From: a virus
Virus record (IMG/VR): IMGVR_UViG_3300032116_000032
Location: 32,001 to 96,000 of that record
Length of the DNA: 64,000 nt
Reading direction: 5' to 3' (one strand)
The notes below the pieces were generated by a model. That model did no database searches, was not told where the DNA came from, and saw only the letters and a program-made list of their open reading frames with translations. Every line of letters starts with the position of its first letter. Position 1 is the first letter of the stretch. Positions 19,701 through 28,665 of the stretch are shown here, in pieces. Position numbers and translations under genes: made by a program.

Positions 19701-21193
19701 TAGACATGGTTACAACAATATTGGTTCAAAATAACTTCCAATATTTTATGTTACCTGCATTTGTCAATTTTTATAATATCCAAGACGTTGAAAAAAACCC
19801 AACACCTAGACCTGACGGAACTTTAGAATTTGGTAATTCTTTATTTGGAACATTCTTAAATGTTGATTACAGAAATAGTTCACCAAAATTCTTATGTTAT
19901 TACGTTAACAAACCAAGTGAACACTTGGATATGAACGATAATATTGATTACAGATACCGAGATGACGCCTTTGATCTTAGACGTGCTAGTGATAACCCAC
20001 TTCAAGAAAATCAGGCTTACAAATTAGATTGGGATAAATCAAACAAAGTGGTTGGTTTTAACGTGGATGTAACAAAACCAAATCAACAAATCTTTAAAAG
20101 TTTTAGTGTTAACCAAAATCCTGGAAAACCAACATCAGAATCTTTAGAAATGTTAAATCAAATGGCAAACTTGGGTGGAAACAGACGATCAACAACTCAA
20201 TCCGTTTCTTTATATAATCTTTATAAGAATAGAAGCTATGAATGTAGTGTTGAAATGATGGGATGTGCATTAATCCAACCATTGATGTACTTTAATATTA
20301 GAAACGTCCCTATGTTCTCGGGGCCATATATGATTACAAAGGTGACTCATGACATCACTGAAGATAATTTCAGTACTTCATTTACAGGAACAAGACAACC
20401 GTTTTATGCACTACCTAAGATTGATAATTTTATTCAAACATTGAATATTAAAATTTTGAATACAATACAATCTAGAATCCAACAGAATGAAAAGAAAGAA
20501 AGAGAAAGTTCGGCAAATGTATTGGCCCAAAAAGAAAATGTTTTATCTAATATCAAAGCGGAAGAACAACTAACTAAAAATCAAGATTGTGTTGCTAATA
20601 TCAACCCAAGATATCTAAACTATACAGGACTTGATACACCGGCACAAACATCTCAAACTACAAAAGAATTGTTTAATGCGATAAGAGATGAATTATTAAG
20701 TAGAGGTTATACAGCGACTGGAGACACAACGCCGTTGGTTGCAGGGTTAGCATTTACAATGGTATATGTTGATTCAGGTAAAGGATCAGGAATAAATGCA
20801 TACGAGAACAACTACAGTACTATAAATCTGACCGAAGTTTATGGACCTAATTTTGTAAATTACATTAAGAAAAGTTATTATTGTATTACAAGAGGAACTA
20901 ACAGTAACTTACCTGTTGCATCATTTAATACATTTAAAGACTTCATAAAATTTGTAGTAGATAAAACATCGACATTATATACATTATTAAATCAAGATAA
21001 AAATAATTTTGATTTCTCAACACTAGAAGGATTATCAGCGGCAACTGCAAAACAATATGTATTAAGTTATCCTGTTGAACAACCTGCAAATGTGTATACT
21101 ACTTTAACAGAACAAGAAAAATTAACACTACAACAAGAATTTGTTGCGGCTTATAATGTTTACGAAACAGTACAAACTTTCAAAATAAGCTGA
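13757..21193 (+). CDS. Giant baseplate hub protein (gp27/P2 gpD-like) with insertions and a C-terminal lysozyme-like domain
   Basis: N-terminal GIKSIRF...IDIELEDVKG; hub C-terminal motif YECSVEMMGCALIQPLMYF...SGPYMITKVTHDI; follows the LysM wedge gene. Confidence 0.65.
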   Translation: MADNGENILVEFDYDNITLIDPNKLIDEQGNVKDRLVKQEDLVFYANLECNVLPRTKLAVGSAMNDQQRTISVGKINFLNPGHKTFLDTAWSDELTGKGTLEGKGVNQPKLTAVKNPNKSDDFYITQNLWSNGTPGAVDNGFLGIKSIRFSIGTDFLPVIDIELEDVKGRALFEGGNSSPYSAFFQLPYPQFTLTMKGYYGKAVKFPIMLQSFSSKFNPSSHNFEISLKFYGYKYTLLSYVNYGSLMAVPHMYNNVVNQATVSKTQGSNTNEQSAQTPTIVSRGYQKMKEIYSDYKSKGLIPDDFPEITLNQLNFRLQKFIDDVLSEFAKENLGVLTEMTNYTNALTLYQQKVYLYGSSWFNNYMNVKSPIVLKNGQNIYDFKPDLDAQKQETALTELDGIIKDNNAKLNENSIFGTNGSYTVGNKTVQSKISVPIEMKTFAKGELITNVDLEKTFRASPNAPKGTLSPLNTPQTGLTATDLAFATFKTNLETKFKETNGQFFIFDGPNTFMSITDTAGKSAQKFRTQIEQQITESLASKFNSQGENSLGFIPSIRNILAIFYCQGEAFLRLLDEVHKKAWDQRENPYRRAAIFGNQTTAPSVDIKDSTQNNEPIYPWPQVIQETVGDDNQEKFQVIYPGAQNVANSYRAYDPEIWPEVEFVEQFIKGYTQRQNDADKRGAEFNEIDLQPSRISLNGIDFPVSNEVFQNKEESKYFFEIYERLLLNSYYSRLNRQSGYNLSIYEAEADDEAVNILKSLGQDNPFLSKTIKEYLLDSNNYLPFLRHISNQGQGESWQSYIRGEFVTNYIKNDVRNPNVLYNEDIIVSTKSQPNVSLSNPKNLTNLNKYLAGTSVSNVFEFGDTYPLTDLDWDKKNLADGKSLNNANEAFDTKDVLNYNPIQLTITNFLDNTNENQRRPFTHFNFVDLNVTPNLLILKNFYKDREYKDQLVTEGNISYSNYSGNVFSEQTTSMLNTPYFINAIQQGVFNFRYKQNDPYPYKSAAYLFLNSLPLGTLREKYKTFDGQATTDLNYILATMKKFGAVHKLPYAWILKYGSIWHRYKIYDKTGKDFLDDVWKNFNYLENWDPGFSSSTKTYSLLIDGDQKNLVLQNTTGTPPFTDMTTGFYPQLIDDFNVFLQGLKLFSGKTQVSGNCEVKSISGNCKTFQVTGTCSNNGTGITINSITNNYISLPHKIYIPSLNINLQLITQVTGTTGGTGFYNTSSNLNATFNNLPFVLGTFANITNPTSTQIQNGQILGGSPNISGITILNVISASTTTTSTSGVTNTQALPPPPTKSGNATEVTTLLISNVTYTVTIYVFGPQKYAVLRDQNQVVLQIGQNASNASVTNQQLREEIVYSYFNSLVTNPNNPQFIQSVQSVQGATPAITSSVVTSLCEVSSASSQTFNYTVLNPPIQILDVLSNVLNNGTIINGLNLNGNVVLTSQISGTTGGVGLYNTTTIQSATTSPFVVQNQYVQGIASSSIQPLLDNKKLIMFNTTNSTIFGAPGFDPNNSTRSMRISPYSVIVRSTDETGYYVLPSFGSNINQAREESFKNGSMKIELYNNPSMFNGTVRLFWNAPQYGWFNNDQVKKNNPLTYLKEILNEQKEQQNFLISGEITDYTSFEELFTTFNTQTLDLFESEFLNFSRSLYDYVDTLPETTKAEVSVGTSNQVKNPDGSVVQLQNPDGSVGSLSQKTFKNFHFLMRELMKIQTPTGTSPETKLSEIITSQNTQFQQVLSSFVNYDVAFKFGNPTQFDRRLYLTFSTRFLENPIIYGPYEQGTLPPQVTVAQSQQQSPETWKKLLYYVGESSIPKLQYKNNGSYITDFFIDLNVQFNEKNVEDFAPLIKVYASEKLKKNNLNLASFYSLMDNYIIASDNYIGNVINVMLPQVRKELPTVLINQELTENRANLEAGFTEQTRTELWETFKALNDSWIAGFDFQNKTLFEDVLLVDRASRNVGDKIIVDIFEIQELIKDGSYKNTLLDMVTTILVQNNFQYFMLPAFVNFYNIQDVEKNPTPRPDGTLEFGNSLFGTFLNVDYRNSSPKFLCYYVNKPSEHLDMNDNIDYRYRDDAFDLRRASDNPLQENQAYKLDWDKSNKVVGFNVDVTKPNQQIFKSFSVNQNPGKPTSESLEMLNQMANLGGNRRSTTQSVSLYNLYKNRSYECSVEMMGCALIQPLMYFNIRNVPMFSGPYMITKVTHDITEDNFSTSFTGTRQPFYALPKIDNFIQTLNIKILNTIQSRIQQNEKKERESSANVLAQKENVLSNIKAEEQLTKNQDCVANINPRYLNYTGLDTPAQTSQTTKELFNAIRDELLSRGYTATGDTTPLVAGLAFTMVYVDSGKGSGINAYENNYSTINLTEVYGPNFVNYIKKSYYCITRGTNSNLPVASFNTFKDFIKFVVDKTSTLYTLLNQDKNNFDFSTLEGLSAATAKQYVLSYPVEQPANVYTTLTEQEKLTLQQEFVAAYNVYETVQTFKIS

Positions 21194-21205
21194 TATTTAT
21201 AAATA
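21194..21205 (+). promoter_or_regulatory. Palindromic TATTTATAAATA (late motif on both strands)
   Basis: Perfect 12-bp palindrome 8 nt upstream of ATG 21214. Confidence 0.55.
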
Positions 21206-21213
21206 AAATACTT

Positions 21214-21438
21214 ATGAGTACTAAAATGTTATTGGATAATTACTTGGGGAAAAATACAAGAGTATCCGAAAAAGATATGGGTGACGGAACAAAACAAGTT
21301 TGTGACTTAGACACAGGAGATTGTTATACTGTCAGAATCAAAGACGGACTCATCGAAAGAGTCGACAACACTATGAGAACATTTAAAAAAATTCAAGTAG
21401 AAACTAATCAAGGTTATAAAACATTATTAAACGGTTAA
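21214..21438 (+). CDS. Hypothetical protein, 74 aa
   Basis: Clean ORF preceded by the late motif; contains CDLDTGDC. Confidence 0.75.
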   Translation: MSTKMLLDNYLGKNTRVSEKDMGDGTKQVCDLDTGDCYTVRIKDGLIERVDNTMRTFKKIQVETNQGYKTLLNG

Positions 21439-21439
21439 G

Positions 21440-22147
21440 ATGAATATAGACGATAAAATTTTAAAAGAGATCGCAAGATACAATTCGATCAACAAATATA
21501 TCATGGAACAAGATATTCCGGCACCACCTGCAGATGCGGGAGCAATACCTCCACCTCCGGCAGACGCTGCCGCACCGGTTGATCCTGCTGCAGATCCTGC
21601 GGCGGCAGGTGTAGATCCTGCGGCACCAACACCTCCAGCGGCTCCTGGAGCTGAAGGAGAAGCAGCACCTGTTGATGTTGCGGCGGATCCTGATGTTGAA
21701 GAAGTCCCTGCTGAAGGAGAAGAAGGTGAAGGAGAAACTGAAGAGTTAGACATCACCGATCTTGTTGATTCGCAAAAAACAATTGCTGATAAACAAGAAG
21801 AATATTTCACAAATCTTTTTGACCAAATCAAAACTATGGAAGAAAAATTAGCAGAGATGGATACTATTGTATCTAAGTTAGATTCTTTAGAGGCTAAAGT
21901 TGAAAAATACAGACCAAAAACGGCACAAGAAAAATTGCAACTTAGATCATTAGATTCAGGACCATTTAAACAAAACTTGGCGGATTTCTTTGATGAGAAA
22001 AAAGATGAGATGGAACAAACAGGTAAAAATGAATATGTTCTAACCCAAGATGAAGTTGAAAGTTATAGCCCATCTGACATAGAAAAATCTTTCAACGAAC
22101 CAATGGAGGATGAAGATGATATTTTATTAAACAAATTTAATTCATAA
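21440..22147 (+). CDS. Acidic Pro/Ala-rich protein with coiled coil (possible scaffold/assembly protein)
   Basis: PPADAGAIPPPPADAAAP low-complexity tract, then an E/D-rich linker and heptad region. Confidence 0.6.
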   Translation: MNIDDKILKEIARYNSINKYIMEQDIPAPPADAGAIPPPPADAAAPVDPAADPAAAGVDPAAPTPPAAPGAEGEAAPVDVAADPDVEEVPAEGEEGEGETEELDITDLVDSQKTIADKQEEYFTNLFDQIKTMEEKLAEMDTIVSKLDSLEAKVEKYRPKTAQEKLQLRSLDSGPFKQNLADFFDEKKDEMEQTGKNEYVLTQDEVESYSPSDIEKSFNEPMEDEDDILLNKFNS

Positions 22148-22149
22148 GT

Positions 22150-22186
22150 TTTAAGGTCGATAAATTCGACCTTAAACTTTTTTTTT
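22150..22186 (+). terminator. Rho-independent terminator ending the first late block
   Basis: TTTAAGGTCGA-TAAAT-TCGACCTTAAA followed by a T-run. Confidence 0.85.
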
Positions 22187-22197
22187 GGCGACACAAT

Positions 22198-22226
22198 TTG
22201 ACTATAACTTTTTATACACTTATAAT
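22198..22226 (+). promoter_or_regulatory. sigma70-type promoter for SSB
   Basis: TTGACT-N17-TATAAT. Confidence 0.7.
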
Positions 22227-22257
22227 TTTAACATAAACCTTTAATTTTTATTTACAC

Positions 22258-23124
22258 ATGGCGACAAATTCATTAGACGCAGTACTTGCACAGTACGAAA
22301 AATCAACACAGAACACATCATCGAATGGTTCTAAAATGTCTTCAGAAGACCGAATGAAGAAATATTTCGCGGCTCTTTTGAAAGATAATGAAAAACAAGG
22401 ACAGAGACGAGTACGTATTCTTCCTACAACAGACGGTTCTTCACCGTTTAAAGAAGTATGGTTCCACGAAATCCTTGTGGACGGTAAATATCAAAAATTT
22501 TACGATCCAGGAAAAAATGACAACGAACGTTCACCTTTGAATGAAGTTTACGAAGAACTTATGTCAACAGGTAAGGAAGCCGACAAACAATTGGCAACAC
22601 AATACAAAGCTCGTAAGTTTTATATCGTAAAAGTTATTGATCGTGATAACGAACAAGACGGAGTTAAATTTTGGAGATTTAAACACAACTACAAACAAGA
22701 GGGAATTCTTGATAAAATTATTCCAATTTGGAAAGCAAAAGGTGATATCACAGATCCTGATAAAGGACGTGACTTAATCCTTGAATTAACAAAGGCAAAA
22801 ACTCCTAAAGGTGCTTTCTATACGGTAATCCAAACAGTTATGTATGATGACCCATCTGCAATTTCAGAAGATGAAACTCAAATGTCAGAGTGGGTTAGTG
22901 ATGAATTGACTTGGGAAGATGTATATTCTAAAAAACCTGTTGAATACCTTGAGGCAATTTCAAGAGGAGAAACACCACGTTGGGACTCTGAAAAAGGTGG
23001 ATATGTTTATTCTAATGATGAAACTTCAGAAGTTTCTATGGGAGGAAAATCAGCACCAAAATCAATCAATGAAGTTTCTGATCCTCAAGCAAACGACGAG
23101 GTTGATGAAGAATTACCATTCTAA
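22258..23124 (+). CDS. Single-stranded DNA-binding protein (T4 gp32-like)
   Basis: RVRILP...PFKEVWFH...RKFYIVKVIDR...DPDKGRDLIL and an acidic C-terminal tail ending EELPF. Confidence 0.85.
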   Translation: MATNSLDAVLAQYEKSTQNTSSNGSKMSSEDRMKKYFAALLKDNEKQGQRRVRILPTTDGSSPFKEVWFHEILVDGKYQKFYDPGKNDNERSPLNEVYEELMSTGKEADKQLATQYKARKFYIVKVIDRDNEQDGVKFWRFKHNYKQEGILDKIIPIWKAKGDITDPDKGRDLILELTKAKTPKGAFYTVIQTVMYDDPSAISEDETQMSEWVSDELTWEDVYSKKPVEYLEAISRGETPRWDSEKGGYVYSNDETSEVSMGGKSAPKSINEVSDPQANDEVDEELPF

Positions 23125-23143
23125 TTTTAATTATTAAAAATGT

Positions 23144-23174
23144 AACGGGAGCAGTTTATTGTTCCCGTTTTTTT
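23144..23174 (+). terminator. Rho-independent terminator after SSB
   Basis: AACGGGAGCAG-TTTA-TTGTTCCCGTT followed by a T-run. Confidence 0.8.
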
Positions 23175-23204
23175 GTCTATATTTTATATAGTAACACAAA
23201 AATT

Positions 23205-24212
23205 ATGGCACTTAAAAAAAACGACTTTAGTTCATTGAAGAAAAAGTTTTCTTCGGACGCGAAATATAAACCACAAAGATTTTTTGATCTTGGTCCTGAA
23301 TTTTTGGATGCAGTAGGATTACCTGGACCTGCTATTGGTCACCTTAACATGTTATTAGGTCACTCCGATACAGGTAAAACAACAGCACTTATTAAAACTG
23401 CTGTTGATGCTCAAAAGAAAGGTATTCTTCCTGTATTCATTATTACAGAACAAAAATGGTCTTTTGATCACTCAAAAATAATGGGGTTTGAATGTGATGA
23501 AGTGGTTGATGAAGAAACAGGTGAATTAACTTGGGACGGATTCTTCTTGTTTAATAATAACTTCAGTTATATTGAACAAATTACTGATTACATTAACGAT
23601 CTATTGGACGCACAAGAAAAAGGTGAATTAGACTATTCACTTTGTATTATGTGGGATTCAGTTGGATCAGTTCCTTGTAAAATGACTTACGAGGGTAAAG
23701 GAGGTAAACAACACAATGCAAGTGTTTTAGCCGACAAAATTGGTATGGGTATAAACCAACGTATTTCAGGATCTCGTAAGGCAGATTCTAAATACGAAAA
23801 TACCTTAATCATTGTTAACCAACCTTGGGTAGAATTACCTGACAATCCATTTGGTCAACCTAAGATCAAGGCAAAAGGTGGTGAAGCAATTTGGTTAAAC
23901 TCTTCTTTGGTATTCTTATTTGGTAATCAAAAAGGTGCGGGTACAACAAAGATCACTGCAACAAAAGATAAGAGAACTGTAAAGTTTGCTTCAAGAACAA
24001 AAGTGTCGGTTATGAAAAACCACATCAATGGTCTTGGTTTTGAAGACGGTCGAATCATTGTAACACCACACGGATTCTTGCCAGGTAAAGATACCACCGA
24101 AGAAAAATCATCAATAGAAAAGTATAAGAAAGAATACGCCGATTATTGGAAAGACATTATCGGAGTTGACGGAGACTTTGATTTAAAAACAGAAAAAGAA
24201 GAAAACGAATAA
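23205..24212 (+). CDS. recA: RecA/UvsX-like recombinase
   Basis: Walker A GHSDTGKTT, Walker B IMWDSVGS, IIVNQ and KAKGGEAIWLNSS (RecA L2/GG motif). Confidence 0.9.
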   Translation: MALKKNDFSSLKKKFSSDAKYKPQRFFDLGPEFLDAVGLPGPAIGHLNMLLGHSDTGKTTALIKTAVDAQKKGILPVFIITEQKWSFDHSKIMGFECDEVVDEETGELTWDGFFLFNNNFSYIEQITDYINDLLDAQEKGELDYSLCIMWDSVGSVPCKMTYEGKGGKQHNASVLADKIGMGINQRISGSRKADSKYENTLIIVNQPWVELPDNPFGQPKIKAKGGEAIWLNSSLVFLFGNQKGAGTTKITATKDKRTVKFASRTKVSVMKNHINGLGFEDGRIIVTPHGFLPGKDTTEEKSSIEKYKKEYADYWKDIIGVDGDFDLKTEKEENE

Positions 24213-24213
24213 T

Positions 24214-24777
24214 ATGAACAATTGGAATATAATTAGAACAATACCTGAATGGGATTATTCAAGTGTTGATGCAAGATGTCTTACTCATGACGGAGATATA
24301 ATAGATTTGGGATGTTTAGATTGGGACTGGTCAAATTTTTTTATTGGAAAAAAAAGAGTAATTGGTGCTGATCCCTACGAAAATGAAAAAGATGGAACAG
24401 AACTATTCAAAGGAATCGTATGGAATTTTGAAGGAAAAATGAAAATACAAAATAATGGTGTTGGGACAACTATTTTTACAGAAGGTGAAGATGAATTTGA
24501 TGTTATCACATGGAAAACGTTTTGCGATAGATTCAAAATCAGTAAAATATCTGTTTTAAAACTTAATATTGAAGGTGCAGAGTACGACCTTTTAAGAAGT
24601 TTTACGGATGAAGATTTTGATAATATAGATCAAATAGTTGTTAGTTTTCATCATAGAATTAACCCTGAATGGCAAAAAGATACCAATGAGTGTATAGAAC
24701 TTTTAAACAAAAAAAACTTTAGCATTCAAAAGATTAACCATAATTGGGATTGGTTTTTAGCAGTAAAAAATATTTAG
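24214..24777 (+). CDS. FkbM-family SAM-dependent methyltransferase
   Basis: IIDLGC glycine loop, VIGADP, and ISVLKLNIEGAEYDLL...IDQIVVSFH (FkbM KxDxEGxE motif with D replaced by N). Confidence 0.7.
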   Translation: MNNWNIIRTIPEWDYSSVDARCLTHDGDIIDLGCLDWDWSNFFIGKKRVIGADPYENEKDGTELFKGIVWNFEGKMKIQNNGVGTTIFTEGEDEFDVITWKTFCDRFKISKISVLKLNIEGAEYDLLRSFTDEDFDNIDQIVVSFHHRINPEWQKDTNECIELLNKKNFSIQKINHNWDWFLAVKNI

Positions 24778-24798
24778 AAATCACTTAAAAAACAAAAA

Positions 24799-25809
24799 GT
24801 GACCAAAACATTATTAGTAGACGGAAATAATTTATTAAAAATTGGTTTCCATGGTGTTAGAGAATTCTACCACAATGGAAAACATGTTGGAGGTGTTTGG
24901 CACTTCTTAAATACTCTTCGTAAATTTTTGGAAGAACACAACTATGGTAAAGTTGTCGTATTTTGGGATTCTAAAACTTCATCTTCACAAAGAAGATTGA
25001 TATACCCAAAATATAAATTAAATCGAAGACCTTCCGAATCAGAGCAAAAAGAAGAATCTTTTTTAGAACAAAAACAAAGAGTTAGACAATACCTCGAGGA
25101 GATGTTTGTAAGACAACTGGAGACAGAACACGCAGAAGCTGATGACTTAATTGCATATTACTGTCAAGTGTCATTAGATGAGACAAAAACTATATTCTCG
25201 AGTGATAGAGATTTAACTCAATTAATTTCTGAAAAAGTTTCAATTTACTCACCATCAACAAAACAATATTATAAGTTCGGAGATAAAATAAAATTACATG
25301 ATATTGAAATTCCACACTTTAATGTTAAGACAGTAAAGATTCTCACTGGAGACAGTTCAGATAACATTGATGGTATCTTTTATCTTGGTGAGAAAACTTT
25401 GATCAAATTGTTTCCTGAGTTACTTGAAGAATTAGTACAAATACCATATATTTTGGATAAGAGTTCTAATTTACTTAAAGAAGAAAAGGGGAACGTAGCT
25501 CTTCAGAACCTGTTAAGTGGTAAAACAAAAGAAGGTATTTTTGGGGATGAATTTTATGTCATCAATCAAAAACTTGTAGACTTAGATGAACCCCTTTTAA
25601 GTGATGAAGAAAAAGAATTAGTTAGATTATATTACTCAGAGTCGATGGATCCCGACGGAAGAGGACATAGAAATCTAATTAGAATGATGATGGAAGATGG
25701 TTTTTTTAAATACTTACCTAAGGGTGACGACGCTTGGGTAAGTTTTTTGAAACCATTTTTGAAGTTAACAAGAAAAGAAAAAACAAATTTTAGAAACAAA
25801 AAAAATTAA
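24799..25809 (+). CDS. 5'-3' exonuclease (PolA N-terminal / T4 RNase H-like)
   Basis: GTG start; LLVDGNN, VVVFWD, YKLNR, EADDLIA, SSDRDLTQL, LTGDSSDNIDGI. Confidence 0.92.
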   Translation: MTKTLLVDGNNLLKIGFHGVREFYHNGKHVGGVWHFLNTLRKFLEEHNYGKVVVFWDSKTSSSQRRLIYPKYKLNRRPSESEQKEESFLEQKQRVRQYLEEMFVRQLETEHAEADDLIAYYCQVSLDETKTIFSSDRDLTQLISEKVSIYSPSTKQYYKFGDKIKLHDIEIPHFNVKTVKILTGDSSDNIDGIFYLGEKTLIKLFPELLEELVQIPYILDKSSNLLKEEKGNVALQNLLSGKTKEGIFGDEFYVINQKLVDLDEPLLSDEEKELVRLYYSESMDPDGRGHRNLIRMMMEDGFFKYLPKGDDAWVSFLKPFLKLTRKEKTNFRNKKN

Positions 25810-25818
25810 AAAAAACAA

Positions 25819-26268
25819 ATGAAAGAACAGGATATTACCAAAGTTGAATTTTTGTTAATGTGTAACGATAACATTGTGGTTCAGAGATTCTTTAATGTTA
25901 GAAACTTTAATAAAAATGCTCATAAATCTGAGGATTTTTATTATCACATTGAGAGTATTTGCAATGAGCTAAAATACGATCTTAAGATGAGATCAGTAAC
26001 CTACATGTTGGATAACCAATATGAAATTTCAGAAAATCCAGATGTACTAAACACATCAATTACCGATGGTCCGGAAAATTTTAATCTAATTATTAAGCTT
26101 GGAGATATGACAATTTGTCAGCGTGAGTTTGACGCGAAAGTATACCCCCCAAAGGTAAGATATACCGTAGACCTACGCCCAAAGTTAAAAAGCATCCTTT
26201 CCTCACTTACTGACATTTTTTCAGGTAAAAATTTTAATTATTTTTATCCTGAATTTATCAAAAACTAA
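25819..26268 (+). CDS. Hypothetical protein in the replication block
   Basis: Clean 149-aa ORF; no motif recognised. Confidence 0.75.
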   Translation: MKEQDITKVEFLLMCNDNIVVQRFFNVRNFNKNAHKSEDFYYHIESICNELKYDLKMRSVTYMLDNQYEISENPDVLNTSITDGPENFNLIIKLGDMTICQREFDAKVYPPKVRYTVDLRPKLKSILSSLTDIFSGKNFNYFYPEFIKN

Positions 26269-26271
26269 TAC

Positions 26272-26279
26272 TATTTATT
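26272..26279 (+). promoter_or_regulatory. TATTTATT motif upstream of helicase
   Basis: Motif 23 nt upstream of ATG 26303; an exception to the structural-gene pattern. Confidence 0.3.
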
Positions 26280-26302
26280 TTTACTAAAGGAGAGAAAACT
26301 AT

Positions 26303-27685
26303 ATGGCGACAGGTAAAAATTTTGAGTATTTAGGTAATACGTTTCAGTTACAATTACTTAATCAAATCATTGTGGATAAAGACTTTTCACATTCAATTAT
26401 CGATGTGATCGAGAATAATTATTTTGAGAACAAGTACTTCAAAATCATCATTCAAATGATTAGAGAGTATTACACGAAATATGACCACACACCGTCGTTT
26501 GATACGTTAGAACAAATCACAAAATCTGAATTACAACAAGAAATTGCATCCAAGATTGTTATGGATACAATCAAGAAAATTAAAGATGCACCTATCGATG
26601 GCGTAGCTTTTGTACAAGAAAAAGCGTTGAAGTTCTGTAAACAACAAGAACTACAAAAGGTAATGGGTAAGGCTCAAAAGATCATTGATGGTGGTGAGTT
26701 TGAGAGTTACGACACACTTGAAGAAATGGTTAAAACGGCTCTTCAGGTTGGTGCAAAAGACACTACTATGTTAGATGTGTTTTCCAACCTTGATCAAGTT
26801 CTTGAGGATGATTACAGACACCCAATCCCAATGGGAATACCTGGAATCGATAGATTATTAAAAGGAGGTTTGGCAAAAGGGGAAATTGGTGTTATCTTAG
26901 CACCTACAGGTGTCGGTAAGTCAACTATATTAACCAAAATGGCTAATCACGCTTTTAACTTAGGATTTAATGTACTTCAGATCTTTTTTGAGGACAACCC
27001 AAAGGTTATCCAAAGAAAGCATTTCACATTATGGACGAAAGTTCATCCTGACGATTTGTCAGAGAAAAAAGATGAGGTTATGAAGAGAGTTAGGGAAATT
27101 GAGGAATCAATGCCAAATAAATTGATAATGAAAAAGTTACCATCTGATACTATGACGATGTTACAAATTAAAAATCAAATTAGAAAAATGGTATCTGATG
27201 GGATCAAAGTAGATATGATTGTTTTAGATTATATCGATTGTATTGTTCCTGACAAAAATTTAGGTGATGAATGGAAGAGTGAAGGGTCAGTGATGAGAGC
27301 ATTTGAAGCAATGTGTCACGAAATGAATATTGTGGGTTGGACAGCAACTCAAGGTAACAGATCTTCAATATCTTCCGAAGTTGTTACAACAGATCAAATG
27401 GGTGGATCAATTAAAAAGGCTCAAGTTGGTCACGTTATTATATCAGTTGCAAAGACATTACAACAAAAAGAAATGAAACTAGCAACAATTGCAATCACAA
27501 AATCACGTATTGGTGATGATGGTGTTGTATTTGAAAACTGTAAGTTTGATAACGCAATGATTGATATAGATACTGAAAGCTCAATGACGTTCTTAGGTCT
27601 TGAAGAACAAAAAGAAGAAAGACAAAGACAAAGAGTTAAGGAACTCTTAGAAAAGAGAAAACAAAGAGAAACACAATCAAATTAA
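26303..27685 (+). CDS. dnaB: Replicative DNA helicase (DnaB / T4 gp41-like)
   Basis: Walker [13 protein letters not shown], Walker B IVLDYID, TATQGNR, KSRIG. Confidence 0.92.
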   Translation: MATGKNFEYLGNTFQLQLLNQIIVDKDFSHSIIDVIENNYFENKYFKIIIQMIREYYTKYDHTPSFDTLEQITKSELQQEIASKIVMDTIKKIKDAPIDGVAFVQEKALKFCKQQELQKVMGKAQKIIDGGEFESYDTLEEMVKTALQVGAKDTTMLDVFSNLDQVLEDDYRHPIPMGIPGIDRLLKGGLAKGEIGVILAPTGVGKSTILTKMANHAFNLGFNVLQIFFEDNPKVIQRKHFTLWTKVHPDDLSEKKDEVMKRVREIEESMPNKLIMKKLPSDTMTMLQIKNQIRKMVSDGIKVDMIVLDYIDCIVPDKNLGDEWKSEGSVMRAFEAMCHEMNIVGWTATQGNRSSISSEVVTTDQMGGSIKKAQVGHVIISVAKTLQQKEMKLATIAITKSRIGDDGVVFENCKFDNAMIDIDTESSMTFLGLEEQKEERQRQRVKELLEKRKQRETQSN

Positions 27686-27707
27686 CAAAATAAGTAAATT
27701 TATAAAA

Positions 27708-28655
27708 ATGGAAAAAATACTAGTAGAAAATCCTGGTCGGTTTGTCATCTTCCCTATCGAACACAATGATATATGGGAATTTTACAAACAACACCAAGCA
27801 GCGTTTTGGACGGCAGAAGAGGTGGATTTAACTAATGACATCAGAGATTGGGAAAATTTAACAGACAATGAAAAATACTTTATCAAAAACGTATTGTCAT
27901 TTTTCGCGGCTTCTGACGGTATTGTAAACGAAAACTTGGCGGAAAATTTTTACCGAGAAGTGCAATATCCCGAAGCTAAATTCTTTTACGGATTCCAATT
28001 GGCGATGGAGAACATTCACTCATTAATGTATTCGTTGTTGATCGATACGTACATTAATAACCCAAAGGAGAAAGATGAATGTTTCAATGCAATTGATAGA
28101 CTACCCGCGGTTCAGAAGAAAGCCAAATGGGCTTTGGAATGGATTGAAAAGGCATCTTTTGCAGAAAGATTAGTTGCGTTTGCTGCTGTCGAAGGTATCT
28201 TTTTCTCAGGTTCATTCTGTTCTATTTTTTGGATGAAATCAAGAGGGATTATGCAAGGTTTGTGTAACGCTAACTCATTAATCTTTAAAGATGAAAATTT
28301 ACATTGTGATTTTGCAATTCACTTATTAAATAACCATTTAGAAAATAAACCTTCCGAAAAAAGAATTAAAGAGATTTTACTTTCGGCATTAGAAATTGAA
28401 AAGGAATTCATAACAGAATCACTTCCTGTTTCTTTAATTGGAATGAACTCAAACTTAATGAAACAATATCTTGAATTTGTAGTTGATGGATTACTCGTTA
28501 AGATGGGATGTAGTAAAGAATTCAACGTAGAACAACCGTTTAAGTTTATGGAGCAAATTGCTGTTGAAACTAAAGGTAACTTCTTTGAATCAAGAACTAT
28601 GGAGTATCAGAAGGCAAAACTGAATGAAACCATAACATTTACAGACGACTTTTAA
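27708..28655 (+). CDS. nrdB: Ribonucleotide reductase class Ia small subunit (R2)
   Basis: [23 protein letters not shown] and DENLH di-iron ligands; C-terminal EYQKA. Confidence 0.96.
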   Translation: MEKILVENPGRFVIFPIEHNDIWEFYKQHQAAFWTAEEVDLTNDIRDWENLTDNEKYFIKNVLSFFAASDGIVNENLAENFYREVQYPEAKFFYGFQLAMENIHSLMYSLLIDTYINNPKEKDECFNAIDRLPAVQKKAKWALEWIEKASFAERLVAFAAVEGIFFSGSFCSIFWMKSRGIMQGLCNANSLIFKDENLHCDFAIHLLNNHLENKPSEKRIKEILLSALEIEKEFITESLPVSLIGMNSNLMKQYLEFVVDGLLVKMGCSKEFNVEQPFKFMEQIAVETKGNFFESRTMEYQKAKLNETITFTDDF

Positions 28656-28665
28656 TTTTTGGAAT

